A stretch of DNA of 62,540 bases, counting the filler, from Phoronis australis (lineage: Eukaryota > Animalia > Phoronida), in the NCBI GenBank assembly GCA_002633005.1. It is 6 parts of 6 records of this genome, joined end to end, with 100 filler letters (N's around TTAATTAATTAA, not from the genome) between each part and the next. Parts side by side here need not be neighbours in the genome. Positions count along the whole stretch, not along the records: positions 1 to 30,104 come from NMRA01000655.1; 5 more parts are not named here. One strand, written 5' to 3'. This document shows positions 1-13,700 of this stretch, piece by piece. Under the pieces are notes generated by a model. That model did no database searches, was not told the DNA's origin, and saw only the letters and a program-made list of their open reading frames with translations. The position numbers and the translations under genes were made by a program. Numbering within the stretch: position 1 is the first letter of the stretch; each line of letters starts with the position of its first letter.

Positions 1-2030
1 CACTATTAGTTCAGGGGTCTTGAATTCGATCCAACCTCAAGTTCTGGATCAGAATGGGCGACGTGTTGCAAGTCTCCTGGTTTTTACTAAAAAATTTATA
101 TGTTCAACCGTTTTCTTTCCCATAACCATTGCTTGTAATTTTTGCCGACAATAATAAATAACAAATGTATTTTAATCTATTCAACTTTCCTTTTTATCGA
201 TACTACAACTTCAAAACAAAGCAACCGAAAGTCTATCCGTCAGCTCGACACTGGCGGTCATTCAAAACACATAAAAACACAACGCTGTACATGACACCAC
301 GGCTACACTGGTATACCACTAGGACATTTAAACAAATTTTCAGTAGTTTTCGATCTGCTACAAACTCACGTTCTGCCAAAAATGAGTGCTTAATGAAACA
401 CCAATAGAGAATTTTACACTCGTCTCAGGTTTATGACATGGGCAATTCTCTTGGAAATTTCAACAAAATCACATGAAACGTCAAAACGACCAGTCCTCTT
501 TGCCGAAAAATTCGATGTGTCTAAAATTTTCAACCACATGACGCAGCTACAGTGTATTGTAAAAACAGGCTTGCGCAACATGAACTGATTCAGTTACATT
601 TTGTTCACATTTCTATTTTAAGCTTGAGCAGTTTTAAATTGCATTCAAGTTTTGTAACAAATATTCAAGTTAGAATCTAGTAAATAGTCTTTGAAGTTGT
701 AATATTGAAACTTGAAAAAATGTTTAAAAATCACAGTAAGCAAGGCTTTCCCGCGCGCGAGTAGTAAATTAACCTTGAGGCAGAACAACCAGGCTGTCAC
801 CACGTTTCTTGATTTGGGTTTTGTCTCCGTTTGAATAAACTTGGATATGGGATTCGCCGCCAAAGATGGGACCGTGTAAGAAGTTCTTTGCATGTCCTTC
901 TCCCTGAGAGTACGTCGTACGTTTAGTTGAAATTAGTTGTACCGACTCATCCCAAGTTATCTCAAACTTAACTGCTTACCACCATTACCGCTGTTGTCCT
1001 TCAACATAATGTAGTTTAGATGACAGGTGCTTGCCCCACTTTCAACGATCATCTCAAATGGTCAAACCAACTAATTCAATCAATTGTAACAACATGTAAA
1101 ATTTAACTATAATTGCAATTGTGGTGCTGTCTGTTGTCAAATGTGAACAGCTGTCTGTTGTCAAATGTCAAGTGATTACTTGAATCTACTCCGACTAATC
1201 CTTATCATAGGGCAGTCTTGGTGCTTTTTTAAATTTATAAAAAATAAACTTTTCTGCATGAACCATCTGAAGTATTACTATCATTGTTAGAAGAAAGACC
1301 TGCGTGTGAGTGACCGTTGGGCATAGTGCTCAAACGTTTGTTCACCAATGAAGCCTAAATATTGATAAAAGCATGAAAAAGCGCAGACGGGAATTATTTA
1401 AAAGGAAATCGAAACCAAAGTCAGTCAATAGACCAAGTATAGCCAATTCCCAAAAAATATCAGAGACTGTCAAAACACATCAACACAGTGTGTCAAGTCT
1501 TCTTTTACGAACTGAGTTTGTGGAACACTCGCTCTTCTGTCACAACATAAGTTTGTGGAAAATTCGCCAACTCGTTATATAGTGAATTAATGCTAGAACG
1601 GTTATTTCAGTGTTTTGTGAACTATAAAATGTAAGGGGTTTGGATTTATACTCTGCACTGCTTTGTGATTTGCCCATGTAATATCAAGAATTACATACTC
1701 GGTGTTAGTAACCAGTGGTGTCGTAACACATTCGAGGTCATGGAACCAAACAACTCCTTACTCAAATTAAAAAAGTGGTCTGAGCTTCGAAAGTTCATTA
1801 TTGCTCGATACCATTATTGCTTCATGAATTTACACGCATGGACAGGACAACCTATTCAGCACAACCTTAGTTAATGACACGCCATTCCTTTCCGAATCTA
1901 AATGCAGCAATTCTAGTATGATTAAGGAACGGTTTAAGGCCACTTATATGTTGATGGACATCATGTATTTATCAAAACATGCATTTTTAAAAAATGAAAA
2001 CGCAAAATATCGCTTTGGCAGAGCAACCTG

Positions 2031-2431
2031 GGCCCGGTCTCCAATCTTTTTACTCGAAATGTAACTCGAAATTAGGTTTGACACTTTCTACTCTACTTTT
2101 GGGCGAACTCAAGATAAGTGTCTATTATTCTATGCTCGAGTACACAATAACTTACGTAGATAATTTATTGCCCTTAGTTCAAAGTTTGTAAACCCAATAT
2201 TAAAGCAATAATTTCGAGTTTGAACTCGAAATTTTCAGTTTTTACTCGAGTTTGTATCACGAAAATATGGGTCTTCAAGGGCAAACTTGAACTAGAAATT
2301 CCTATGCATAAACTATAATGTATTCGAGCGCAGTCTGATAACCAATTACCTTATGTTCGCACAAAAGGAGCACAGAAATTGCCAAAAATAGTTTCGAGTT
2401 CGTTTCGAGTACAAAGATTAGAGACCGGGCC
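2031..2431. mobile_element. PIF/Harbinger-type MITE (~400 bp)
   Basis: Terminal inverted repeats GGCCCGGTCTC(C/T)AATCTTT(T/G)TACTCGAAA, internal ACTCGA repeats, and a 3-bp CTG duplication on both sides (2028-2030, 2432-2434). CWG TSDs are known for animal Harbinger elements. Confidence 0.75.
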
Positions 2432-4581
2432 CTGATGTTTGTACTAAGCTACAGTAGATTTAACATTACACAAAGCAACATTCACCGTTCATCCCATTCA
2501 GCCGCATTGAATTTTGGACTAGTAGTTACTCCCTGTAGTCGGTGAGCCAGATCTCATAGCTTTTGTGCTCGTGAGTACTTTGGGGGGAGCAACCTAGTTT
2601 TTTCTATATAGCTAAATAGTACACCTATAAATCAAATTCCAAAAAGTTCCCACGTCTACACTTGCACATTTTTTTAAACAAACGTGTTTTTGTTGAAAAA
2701 TTAGAACCCGAATCGAGATGGTGTCACTTGATTTCCTGTGGAAGGTATTAAATAACGATTGATCGAAATTCCACAATAACCTGTTTACGCGTGGCTGAAA
2801 AACATGGTTTAACAACTGAAACAACCCACAAAACCTTGATACAAAAATCGGTAATTACCTCAAGGATGTGATCGAGAAGTTCATATTCGCCATCATATTA
2901 AAACTATTAGGAGTTTCTTGATTGTTATAGCTACTGATTTTCAGTTACGTGAGTAGGGTATTGATAATTTCAACAAATGATGACTTTAGATATTGCTAAA
3001 TGCAGAAATAAAGGAATATGAGATAAGTTTAAGCGACCTAATCGAGACTGCCCGAACGCGTCTGATGACTGATGGGCAGAACAGAGGGGACTGTTCAAAA
3101 ACTATCTCCTCCCCCCTCGACCCACGATCCCCACGACCCTCGACCCCACAACCCACAGCAATAGAGGTATTTTTGCTCCTTTTCATATTTCATAATCTTA
3201 TTACGTAGCTGTGTGTCTTTCCAATGAAACATATTTACACGCGAGTCTGATCAGGCTCAGGTCTGGTGATTAAAAACTGGAAGTGGCGTGAGAGGGTGAT
3301 CTGAAATAACAAATTGTGAGTGCGCTATGCTGTCACAGAAATAGTTCCATGAGCGGCTGTCAATGGCCTATACTCTGACACACCGCTACCTAAACTGAAA
3401 AGAGGACCTGTAGAAACATGATGAACGACAAACGGTATTCCATAATTAGTCGTCGATGGGCATGTTTGATAGGTGGTTTATCACTCATATCGCCACCACT
3501 TGCTCACGCTTTCTATACACTGTATTTGTCTGGGCTTACCAATGTGATCAGTGTTTTCTTGATTTTGTTTAATTCGACCACTGCCTGTTTTTCTTAATTG
3601 CAACCATTCAGGTCAAAAGTGGTCACCTTACAGTAAACTGAAAGGGGTTTCCAGATATCAACCAATGGTAATGACTGAATGTTATGACGTCGGTGTCGTT
3701 ACTTTAACCAACGAGATCCCATGTTAAACAACATTCCACGGCAGCACTGGAAGAGTGTACCAATGGCCCAGTTCTACTAAACTTAGGGAGACAGTGAATG
3801 CACATAATTTTACATTTTAATTTATTATTTGCTTTCTACTATGTACTCGTTTACAATATACTCCATATAACATTGAAATACTTGTAACAAATACCTTGTT
3901 TTTTCAAACTGCATTTAATGATGAGATTACAGTTTTGTCGGTTCCTTCCACTTTACGGTTGAATCTGACATTCACTGAAGAGTAGCTGAGACGTATACTT
4001 TCTGCCAGGGACGACATCTGTAACGTTGGGAGGTCTTTGATTTGATTTGGGCGCGTTTTTGTTCTGCTTTCGCCTTTTAAAATTGCCGAGTCGACTCTCT
4101 TAATTGCAAAAAGTAGGGAAACGTCAGCCGAGCTCACGGCCCAACTCACTCGTCCTGCAGGTCAGCGCTTAATCTATGTCCAGAGCTAGTCGAGGTTGTG
4201 TGGACTGGGTCGAGGAGGTTGTAGATCGTGAGACCAGGCAGCCTTGGGTCGTGAGGGTCGCGGGGTGTGGGGTCAATTGGCTGTACTTCCTCCATGTCCG
4301 ATACCGTTTACAAACATGCATATTTTATAGACAAAGAACACATGTTTACATATTATATACAGTTGTAAATAGAGCAACATAATTTCTGGTATTACAGACT
4401 TTTTTAAACAGAAGCAGAAATCGGCTGGGAATGAATTACCAATGCCAGTAGATGACACTGGACTAAAACAACAAGAAATAGTGCAGCATAGGAAGTGTAG
4501 AAATGTAGAATTCAGTGTATCTATCGTATACAATTTAAAAAATGGATTAGTCTTCCACGGTTCTTCTTTGCTGTATTTAGA

Positions 4582-4753
4582 CTACTGGTTGTCCTTCACT
4601 GTGTCGATGGTTTCGTATAAGAAATCGTTTCCACACGTCACAGAAATATATGTCTTCCTCTGAAGTAACATATCTTCTAACATGGCTACCCGGATATTGA
4701 ACGACGGCCGCTGAGAGGGGGCTTTGCTCCAGCATGATGTCATCAAACCGTAT
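4582..4753 (-). CDS. Tie-like RTK terminal exon (kinase subdomain XI and tail)
   Basis: AG acceptor at 4754-4755; [18 protein letters not shown]...[25 protein letters not shown]. Confidence 0.9.
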
Positions 4754-7700
4754 CTATGGAGAGTGACAAAAAGAAGTTTATATAAGTAACGCCAATTAGA
4801 GTGATCCACGCAGCCCTAACTTCTCTTTATTTCGTAGGGTCATCGTCAAAGTTTTAAATTAAAACTCTAAAGACTGTTGCTCGGACGTGCAAGGCACTCA
4901 TGTAAGTCATATCTAAACTGGTCCTATGGATTGCGTGCACTGACCACATTAAAATCGCATAGCAGAAGACTCAGACTCACGACGTGTTTTATATCCCACA
5001 ATGCTCAAGCACTATCCTAGTCAAGGTGTAACTTCCTGTGCCACAGGAAGCATCTACTTACATGTCATCACTGCAGTTACAAGGCTGAGACATCCTGTAG
5101 TTGGTCTTGAGCATAACCAAGAGGTCACTGCTGCAAATTCCACTGTAAGGCGTTCCTCCTGAAACACACGTTAATGCGGCACTCATATTGCAAGTTTTTA
5201 GATTATATCTACAGAGTACATGTATATCACAGGTTACTTAATTTTTTTTTAATTTGCACAACCATGAATCACAAAGTAACTTCATACATGTAGACGTACG
5301 CAAAGAAATCAGTTGTGTGGCTAGTTTATCAATTAAATGATACAATGTATGGTAGTATTTTTGGTGGATGACACTAATAGTTATACAGAATATAGGCAAA
5401 TCCATGGTGCATGAAAAATGCCAACCACGTTTAACTGACAACAAAAACACTAAAAAGAAATTATGGTGTTAAGATGCTGCAAATGTTTCTATATGAAAAT
5501 ATTTGGAAAGCTTACCTAATGTCACGATCTCCCACAGCAGAATTCCAAAGGACCACCTGAAAATGTACTCGTCTCTGTATAAACATGGCATAGTTAGAAA
5601 TACAAACAACACACAAATTCTCCAATCCTTCAAACAGATATTTGTGATTTTGAGGCCAAAACGACGGTCTTCTGAAACACCGAAAGGTTTCTGTGAATAA
5701 CTTTAAAATCATTGGATACGGGACTCAATAAAGTCCCCGGATATAACCAATTAAAAACGGCGTACACGTCACTTTTTGTGCTGTAAGTCTGGTTGAAGAG
5801 CGACTCAGGTGCCATCCACCGTATCGGAACTCTTGTCTGGGTTTGTTTCACGTAGATGTCTTCATTTCTGCTGAGCCCAAAGTCAGATATCTTCGCAGTC
5901 AAGTCTTCGCTGACCAAGATGTTTCTTGCAGCAAGGTCACGGTGAATTATCTGCAACAGCAATATTTCATAAAAAATGGTTCGTGTTTGCATAAAGAAAA
6001 AGATACACAATCAAAAAATAAAACTCTCAATAGTACCGACACCGTTCAGAACAACGAATGCATGAACTTCATTCAACTTTTAAATAGCATTTCGTTTACT
6101 TAGACACATCACTGTAACTTTGATTAAGCCATGGTTTCAAAGCTACAAAATAAGACCCAGAATTCCCTTACCACGATAGGACAATTATTTCGCTGCCACT
6201 ATGAGCATCGACACATATAGGAATTTAAAGATACATGCATAACCAAAATCATCTACATTTTTAAAATCAAACTGACTGGTCACATCTCATTCAGAACAAA
6301 TTGTTTAAACCAATACAATCATGTTAATGTAGTACCTATTACATACCGAGTATAACGGATAATTTTCTAATTCACGGGTGCTGGCCTTAAATCTCGTTAA
6401 GTCAAAATATTCTTGGATTTACATGCATCCAGATTTCTGTCGTTTTTCTTCAGTAACATACAGTATAATGCTCAAACTACAATCAAGCCACATTCCTGAT
6501 TATCTACCTTAAAAGCAGCAAGATGCTTCATTCCCCGGGAAACATCTAACGCCATCTGCAGCAACTGTTTCTCACTAAAACTTGTCGTTGTGCCAACATT
6601 GGCATATTCAGAGTCCTTGCGACTGTTTCTGAGAAGTATCCGTAGGTTCCCGTTCGCAGCATATTCCGTAGCCACATACAGAACATCTGTAACCATAACC
6701 ATTGAAACGAAAATTTCATTTTTTTTTGGAGTAGTAACGTAAACCGGAGTTTACGTTGTACAGGGTGCGTTTTGGGGGAGTGTCTAGAACCAGTTTATCT
6801 AAATATTCAACTTAATTTTCTACTCTGTACCTATAAAAATGATTCCATATAAAAACCATATGAAAATGAAAAATCACTATATACTCAAAAATTCATACAG
6901 AGCAAATATCTTGTGCATGTGATGGGATGCTGGCCCAAAGTACACTGATGCAACATTTGCACACAATGACCTCTGGTTACCGCGATGTGACCTATTTGGC
7001 TATAAAAGCATATTTTTGCATTATTTTATGTCAGTAAAACTGTAATTTTTGAACAGCAGCACTGGTGAAAAAGTTAGACATTGATGGTCACAAAGACTCA
7101 TGTGGAGGTTAGTAAGAAAATGAAATTTGCAACTCATAGGTTCATTTAAATTTCCAGCAGGGGAGAAAAATCCGGGACCACTTTTCAGGCCAGTCACAAG
7201 TGGCAAGTTGTTGGGTTACCTGCATGCTATATCGGAATATATTTGAAGTTGAAGTTCTCTGCGTAGACACTTTATATAGTTATAACTTTGATAACTGTTT
7301 TCCAAAAAACTTGTCTCTTATATAATTAGTGCTAAACGTGGCCCTCGAATTTGGGCATTTTTGTGATGTGACCTTACTCTGACTGACAAGAAATTTGAGG
7401 CTACTCTTAGTTCAGAGATAGCACCTAAAATATATGATCTAATGTTAACAATACAATAACACAAAAAGTTTCACTTTTGAGTCCCAAATTTTCTGAAACA
7501 CTCCATTCTTTGTTTAACTTTACCAATAGCACTTTAGGGTTCAAGATTACATGCACTTCCTGTCACTGCAAAGAATATGTAGGAACTTTCTTCTTGTACA
7601 TTTGGTCAATTTTCGTTACAAAAATGTGATCGCGGATGAAATATGGCCTTCATTGGCTGTGTTAAAGACGTCAAAAGTCATCTGACGTGGTGCAAAGTGC

Positions 7701-10700
7701 CACAGAAGTTTGAAAGTATATTGGAATTACAATTGATTCTTGCCAGAGCTCGAGTGTTCGATGCTGTGAGAGAGGAGGCTGGACTTGAAAACCAATGGAA
7801 ATGCGCCGTTATATGTTTTACATATCGACATGAAATTGGACTTGGATTTAGACAAAAATTGACGTGCTGTTATCCAGAACACACAACTAGATTGAAACGG
7901 AAGATTGAATGGGGCGTTGACTTTCGCATGTCGAAATGGATTTTTCGCCAGTTTCGTTTCTTAGTTCCTGTTAGTGCAATTGCTAAAAAGTTACTTCATA
8001 TTTATCACAGCCGTTGGCCTGGGTCATCAGGCCATGACGTCAGTTCAGAACATCGTATTAGCTTTCGCTGACCACTTTCGACTTACTGACTGCCCCGTTG
8101 AACAAACCTGACAGGCCTATCCGGTTAGCGGGTTAGGATGGCATGCATGATTGGTTCTAAAGGTATTGAAACTTCTGAGATTTTAAAAGGAGTGATTATC
8201 TAGTTTTGCGAAATGTCTATCTTAGACATGTGTACTGAGCAAAACTTTGTGTTTCAGTAGCCATTCTGTTTTCAAACAAAATGCAGTTTCTGAAGTGCTG
8301 TGTGGAAATGCATCATACACTAAACCTAGCACATTTGTACCTTCGAGAAACTGTGGTTTTGAGTCCGCCGCATGAACGGAATTTACAAATTGTGAAACTT
8401 TTAGCTGGTAAGTCGCAAAAACACCAAATTGCTTAAATACTGAAAGCCGGTACCTTAGATATAACTGAAAGTATTATGTTTTCAATCGGAAATATCCGTA
8501 CCTGTTATTTTTCTAAGATTGCAAATTCCATTGGCGCATTGCCACCAGGCTCGGCCGCTTTTGTGTAGTACAAGAAGCATTGCGTGACCGTTTTTATGTC
8601 CAATAACACGACACTTCTGGTCGTATTCACGGTCCTCTTTTCACTTGTGATCTCGAAGATCTTAATTAGTTTTAGTATGAACTTTGCTAACAGTTTGAAA
8701 GGACTTTTTCAAGCGCATATACAGGGTCTTGTCCAGGAGGTTTGAAAATGTACCAGCATGCACTGCAGGCAGTGCGTGGGATTCTTAGTCCATTACTGTG
8801 TTCGAAAACTGACCAAGCAAAGGGTAATGGGCACCCTTAATAAAAATAAAACCTGCTTCTCTGAAATGATGATGAGGATTGTATTATTAACTCATCAGTA
8901 CATTAAAATGGACTTTTTTGAGTTCTCAAATCTTATAAAAGATTTTTATTTTTGCACCAAGTAAAAAATTGATTGCACAAAAACTATGAAAGAGACAAGA
9001 TTTTTATCTTGCATTGGACTGAACAAAGACAGCAGTAACAGATGGAAGTTAACTCATGTTACAAAAGAATTCGATAAAGATTTGGGATAGCGATAAAAAT
9101 GCGTAAAAATGGCCTTAATAATAAGCAGTGAAATGACATTTTGTAGGCTAAAATGGGAGCACTTAAAAATCAATAAATCTATCCAAACTAATTTTTCTTT
9201 TATGTTATTCTTTCTTCTTTCTGCTATATTGTTATTTTTTCTATAATGTGAAGCAATGATGTGTTGTTGCTGATAAAATGTCACCTACTTCCCAGTACTA
9301 TTATTTGCTATTTTTCAGAAAAAGTACAAAGTGGTCGTAAAAAGGGTTAACGAAACTCAGAAACTCTTAAAAACCAGGCTCAGGTTTCTTTTGACAAGGC
9401 CAGCTGATGTGCGGTGATTTTGCATACATAGCCCAACGTCTGGTTTTTACATAGAATTGCTCTTAATTCCTCAGATCTTTACCAAGTTTAATTGTGTAGC
9501 ATTATCTTTGTGTTGGGGGTTTGTACTTAAGGTGTCAGTCAGAATACGTTTACATTTCCAGGGCTCTGTGGGAGGGAAATTTTGTTACTCTGCGCGGGTT
9601 TTTGATCTTGAATAAATCCTATGTTACCTCAACTTCACCAATTGTTTGTTGGAACATGTATGCCAAGACTGCCTATACGGACCACGATGGAATTAAATAT
9701 TTTACTTCTATTTTATCCGTGTCATGCTTTAGAATTCATATTTTTTCTTGTGTTTTTATGTTTTTGTGCTTTTGTGACTCTAATCAATTTTTACCCAATT
9801 AACTGATATTTATGCGAGCGCACAGCCTAAAAATAGGGGCCTCGAATTTCTTATAATCGTTATAGTAAGATTCAAGGGGCACGTGCAGAGGTTTGAAATG
9901 GCATTCGCACAATTTTGACAGTTCTTGCCTTTTTAGTGGATTTTGTCTAGTTTTCTACTTTTTTCAGTGTTTTTGTATCTCTGAGGCGGATTTTTTTGCT
10001 CACTTCACCAAACCGGGGGCTAGCTTGAAGCCCCCAGGTATTGAGCGAGTTCAACACATTACCTTCATATTCACAAGCTCCTATCAAGGATATGACGTTT
10101 GCGTGACTTCCCACTTGGCTAAGGATATTAAGCTCCCCGATAAAGTCGGTCTTGTCTTTGTCTGTGGCGCAAGCTAAAACGTTGTACAGACTAAAATGGA
10201 TTAGACAACAACATGTAGCTATTCGGGAGCATGCAACCAAACACAGTGCGAGCACCGACAATGGTCTGCCCATTCCATGTCTCTACAAAAAACAGTATAA
10301 ATTTCTTGGTAACCATGGAGTTGCATTTACAGGAGTTAATGTGTATTGCATATCCAGAATCACGACCTGAGCGAATCTAACATTGGACAGACAATGCGCT
10401 ATAACAAGTGACCGATCAGGAAATCGCCATACCCTGAACACAGTATGGACCTGTACCTGGATATACTTACCGTTTAATCGTTTTAATGCCACCTTGGTAA
10501 TAGCGCCATCTTTGGCAATGGTAGCGGAAAGCACATCGCCAAAACTCCCTTTACCGACGACGTCACCGAAGACGATTGAATTAAGTGGTATCGTCCAATA
10601 TGATGGCTCAATCTTCTCATACACTTTGGAAGTCCGTCCGTCGTTAGCCACAGTCTCGTATGCGATAGTGGCTTCGTTGTCATCCTGGAACAAGTTCGAA

Positions 10701-13700
10701 AAACTATGGCATCAACCGTTCGTTGAAGTTAAATCAGACCTAGACATGTTCTCAACAGACACTTCACATGAATAAGATGAAATCCAATCACTGTAGCGAT
10801 GTTTGAAAAAGTTATGGTGAATATACATGCACACTTCCCGCCACAATCCTTCCCAAATTGCAAAATTCTCAGATTCCTGTTTTCCGAGATGCAGTTATGT
10901 ATTTCGCCGTTGGTGTCAACATTTTTGGGTTATGCATTCATGTTTCTGTTGGCATGTGGTCCTCAGCACATGGATAATTAAGATTAGGCATGGGCAAATG
11001 CCTGTCCAAGAACGCCACATATATGACCACATTGATGTGCACATTGAAACTTGTGAAGACGTCTACAGTATGCTTCTTACCGACTTATCGTCAGCAACAT
11101 CAAAAGAAGACAGCTCCACAGCATAGTCTAGCTCATGAGGTACCCCTTTTGACTGACCTGTTAACAATCATCACGGGTATACTTATACATGTACATACAT
11201 ACATCAGGGATTACTTACAGCCGAGCTGGTCTAAGCTGGCCCATGCGTGAAACACGAACATCCCAAATCTGCGATTTACGGAGAAGGTACAAAGAAACGA
11301 ACATGCAGGATATTAAACAAACGGTTAGGCATCAACATGTGATGAAAGTTCCCCAAGGATCATGCGTCAGAACAACCAAACCAGGCTGAAGGTCAAATAA
11401 TTTCAACTCCCTCAAGTGACGGAAATGTGGTCTTGCCATTACTGTTTTCTGAAGCAAATTTCATGTAAACTAAGGATCAAATATGGAAGCATATGTGTGT
11501 GACTTTGCATAAAAGGCATCATCATGCCTAACCGAGTGAAGATAGATTTTCTCATCACCAATTAAGCTACGTTGTTTACAAGCGGAACTAGGTTAACCAC
11601 CCACTTTAAATATACGATCAATGTAACAATAAGTGGCAACTGCGACTCCTTACTTAGTCGATCTTTCAGTTGAATGAAATCCATTTGACCTGAAATGGAC
11701 TACTGAAGTTTCAAGTGGCTCAAAAACTAAAAATTTCAGATACAATTATGTGCTTCACAGTAAGCTTTCGCATCACCACCTTTTGTGATAGCACAGATCA
11801 AAATCCACAAAGACTTATACTTATATTTTAACTATATCCGTAAGCTGCAAGAGCTCATGCTGACAATTTTTGAGGGAATACATCTCCTTACCTGGTTCAT
11901 CCCACTTTTCAATTGTTTCCCCACTTTTCGAAGTGCGGTGGCTGGTTCGTCTTTTTCTGAAAAATGTATTCAATACACACGTACAACGAGCACTTTACTG
12001 TTTTTAAAATGATCTGTCATTTGCTAGATAAGGAGCTTTAGTTAGATCTATATAACGCACATACTGAAACGAAACACATGCTAATGAAACGTTTACTTTT
12101 TGACTACTCGTCCCAAGCACAGCTCGTCAATATTACAAAGCGAAATCACGATGCATAATGGAGGGTTTTCATTTAGCCAAGTACAATTTCTTACAAGTTT
12201 GGGAGGATTACGCAAAATAAACAGTATAACGCTAAGGAAAGGAAATTAGTTTACTTTCAATCTTGTGACCTAAGGTAGAAATGGTCGCCAATAAAGAGAA
12301 CGACTGTTCAATTTTAGAAAATTCTGGGTAGGCCTCAGCACGGCATTCATGTTGCACAGCGGATTTCTCGTTGCAGGGGACTTGAGAGTGAAAGTTTTGC
12401 TCTTTTACAAATTATTTGGAGTACTGTATCCTTCCGGTCGCTATGCTAAACTGTGATGAAACTCCATTTTAAAGATACAGTAGCTTATTGATACTTACTT
12501 ATACAACACAAATCCAAGAACGCTGAAAACAAGGACGAAACCCATGGATCCGCATACCGCACCGATTACTAGACTTTCATTCACCGAAGATAGATTGATG
12601 TCTTTCGCTGTCCGGAAGGAATGCGTTGGTAAGTGAGCAGAGTATTTCAATGATTGCTGTTAAGTTATTTGAAAAGTGCTGTTTTATGTCTTTGCTTGAA
12701 ATCGTTCACTATAAATTTGTGGACAGTTTTTTTGTTAGTGACTTTGAAGACTTACTGATTTCACCCGTGCAACTACCATGCACTGGGATCGAGCTTAAAC
12801 TTTATCAAGAAATAAAAGCAACATACATGTACATCTTCAGGAATAAAAAAATGTTATGAAATTTTATGAAACAATAATCCATAGACTGTAATTCATGGAA
12901 GCATCCGATATGCTGTGTTGTGAATGGCTGAGTATTGCACGAGGGACTAGAAACTATGACTTTTATAACATTCACACCTTAGAAAATTTCAACAGTGTTT
13001 TTGAAACTCCATTTTGAACATTCATATCAAATGACATTTGGTTACATGTATGTCATGGATACTGTTGTTTCCTAGTGCACCAGTATACAAGATCTCGTTA
13101 CGTCACGCTGCGTGCATGGCAACTCTGGTTTTTGTTAGGGCTCGAGTAAAATTATAGATTGTAAAAAACTGACAAACAGTAGCCGTTCTCACCGTCCGAT
13201 ATTTTCTCCACGATAGAATTACTCCAATCTCCCCAATCGATTGTTTTCGCTTTAACCTGGAAAAAGGCGAGTCTGCATCAATATTCACAGATGTTGTATT
13301 TGACTAACCCAAGTTCGTTTACAAAATGAGCTCGAAACGAACATGATAAGAATTGAGAAGAATTCTAAGTTGACACCAACACTAGTCGAAGTCGGGTTAC
13401 CTGATCGGTTTACTAGCCTTACATCCAAAGGAATCTTCGAAGAAAATATCCAGATTACAATAATTAGATCGCAGTGGACGTACATGTAACAGGCTGACGT
13501 TATCGTTCGGGCAAGGCTAACTTGTTTGTTTACAATCTACAATCTGCACGAACACCAGCATTAGACATCTTTCGGCAACTCATTAATTCTTGGCTGGGTA
13601 CGTAACTTAATGGGCAATTACCAAGGCTCATGAACCCTCAGGCAGCAGTTAGAAATGGCGGAAATCCAACTCGGTACGATTGTTGGCATGTTGATGAAAC

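Noticed and set aside
3050-4300. Possible small multi-exon gene downstream of the RTK (MEEVQPIDPTPRDPHDP... with a GTGAGT donor; ORF 2993-3208)
   Set aside because: The Pro-rich text comes from low-complexity CCACGACCC repeats, candidate exons hit stops in the required phase, and no domain is recognisable.
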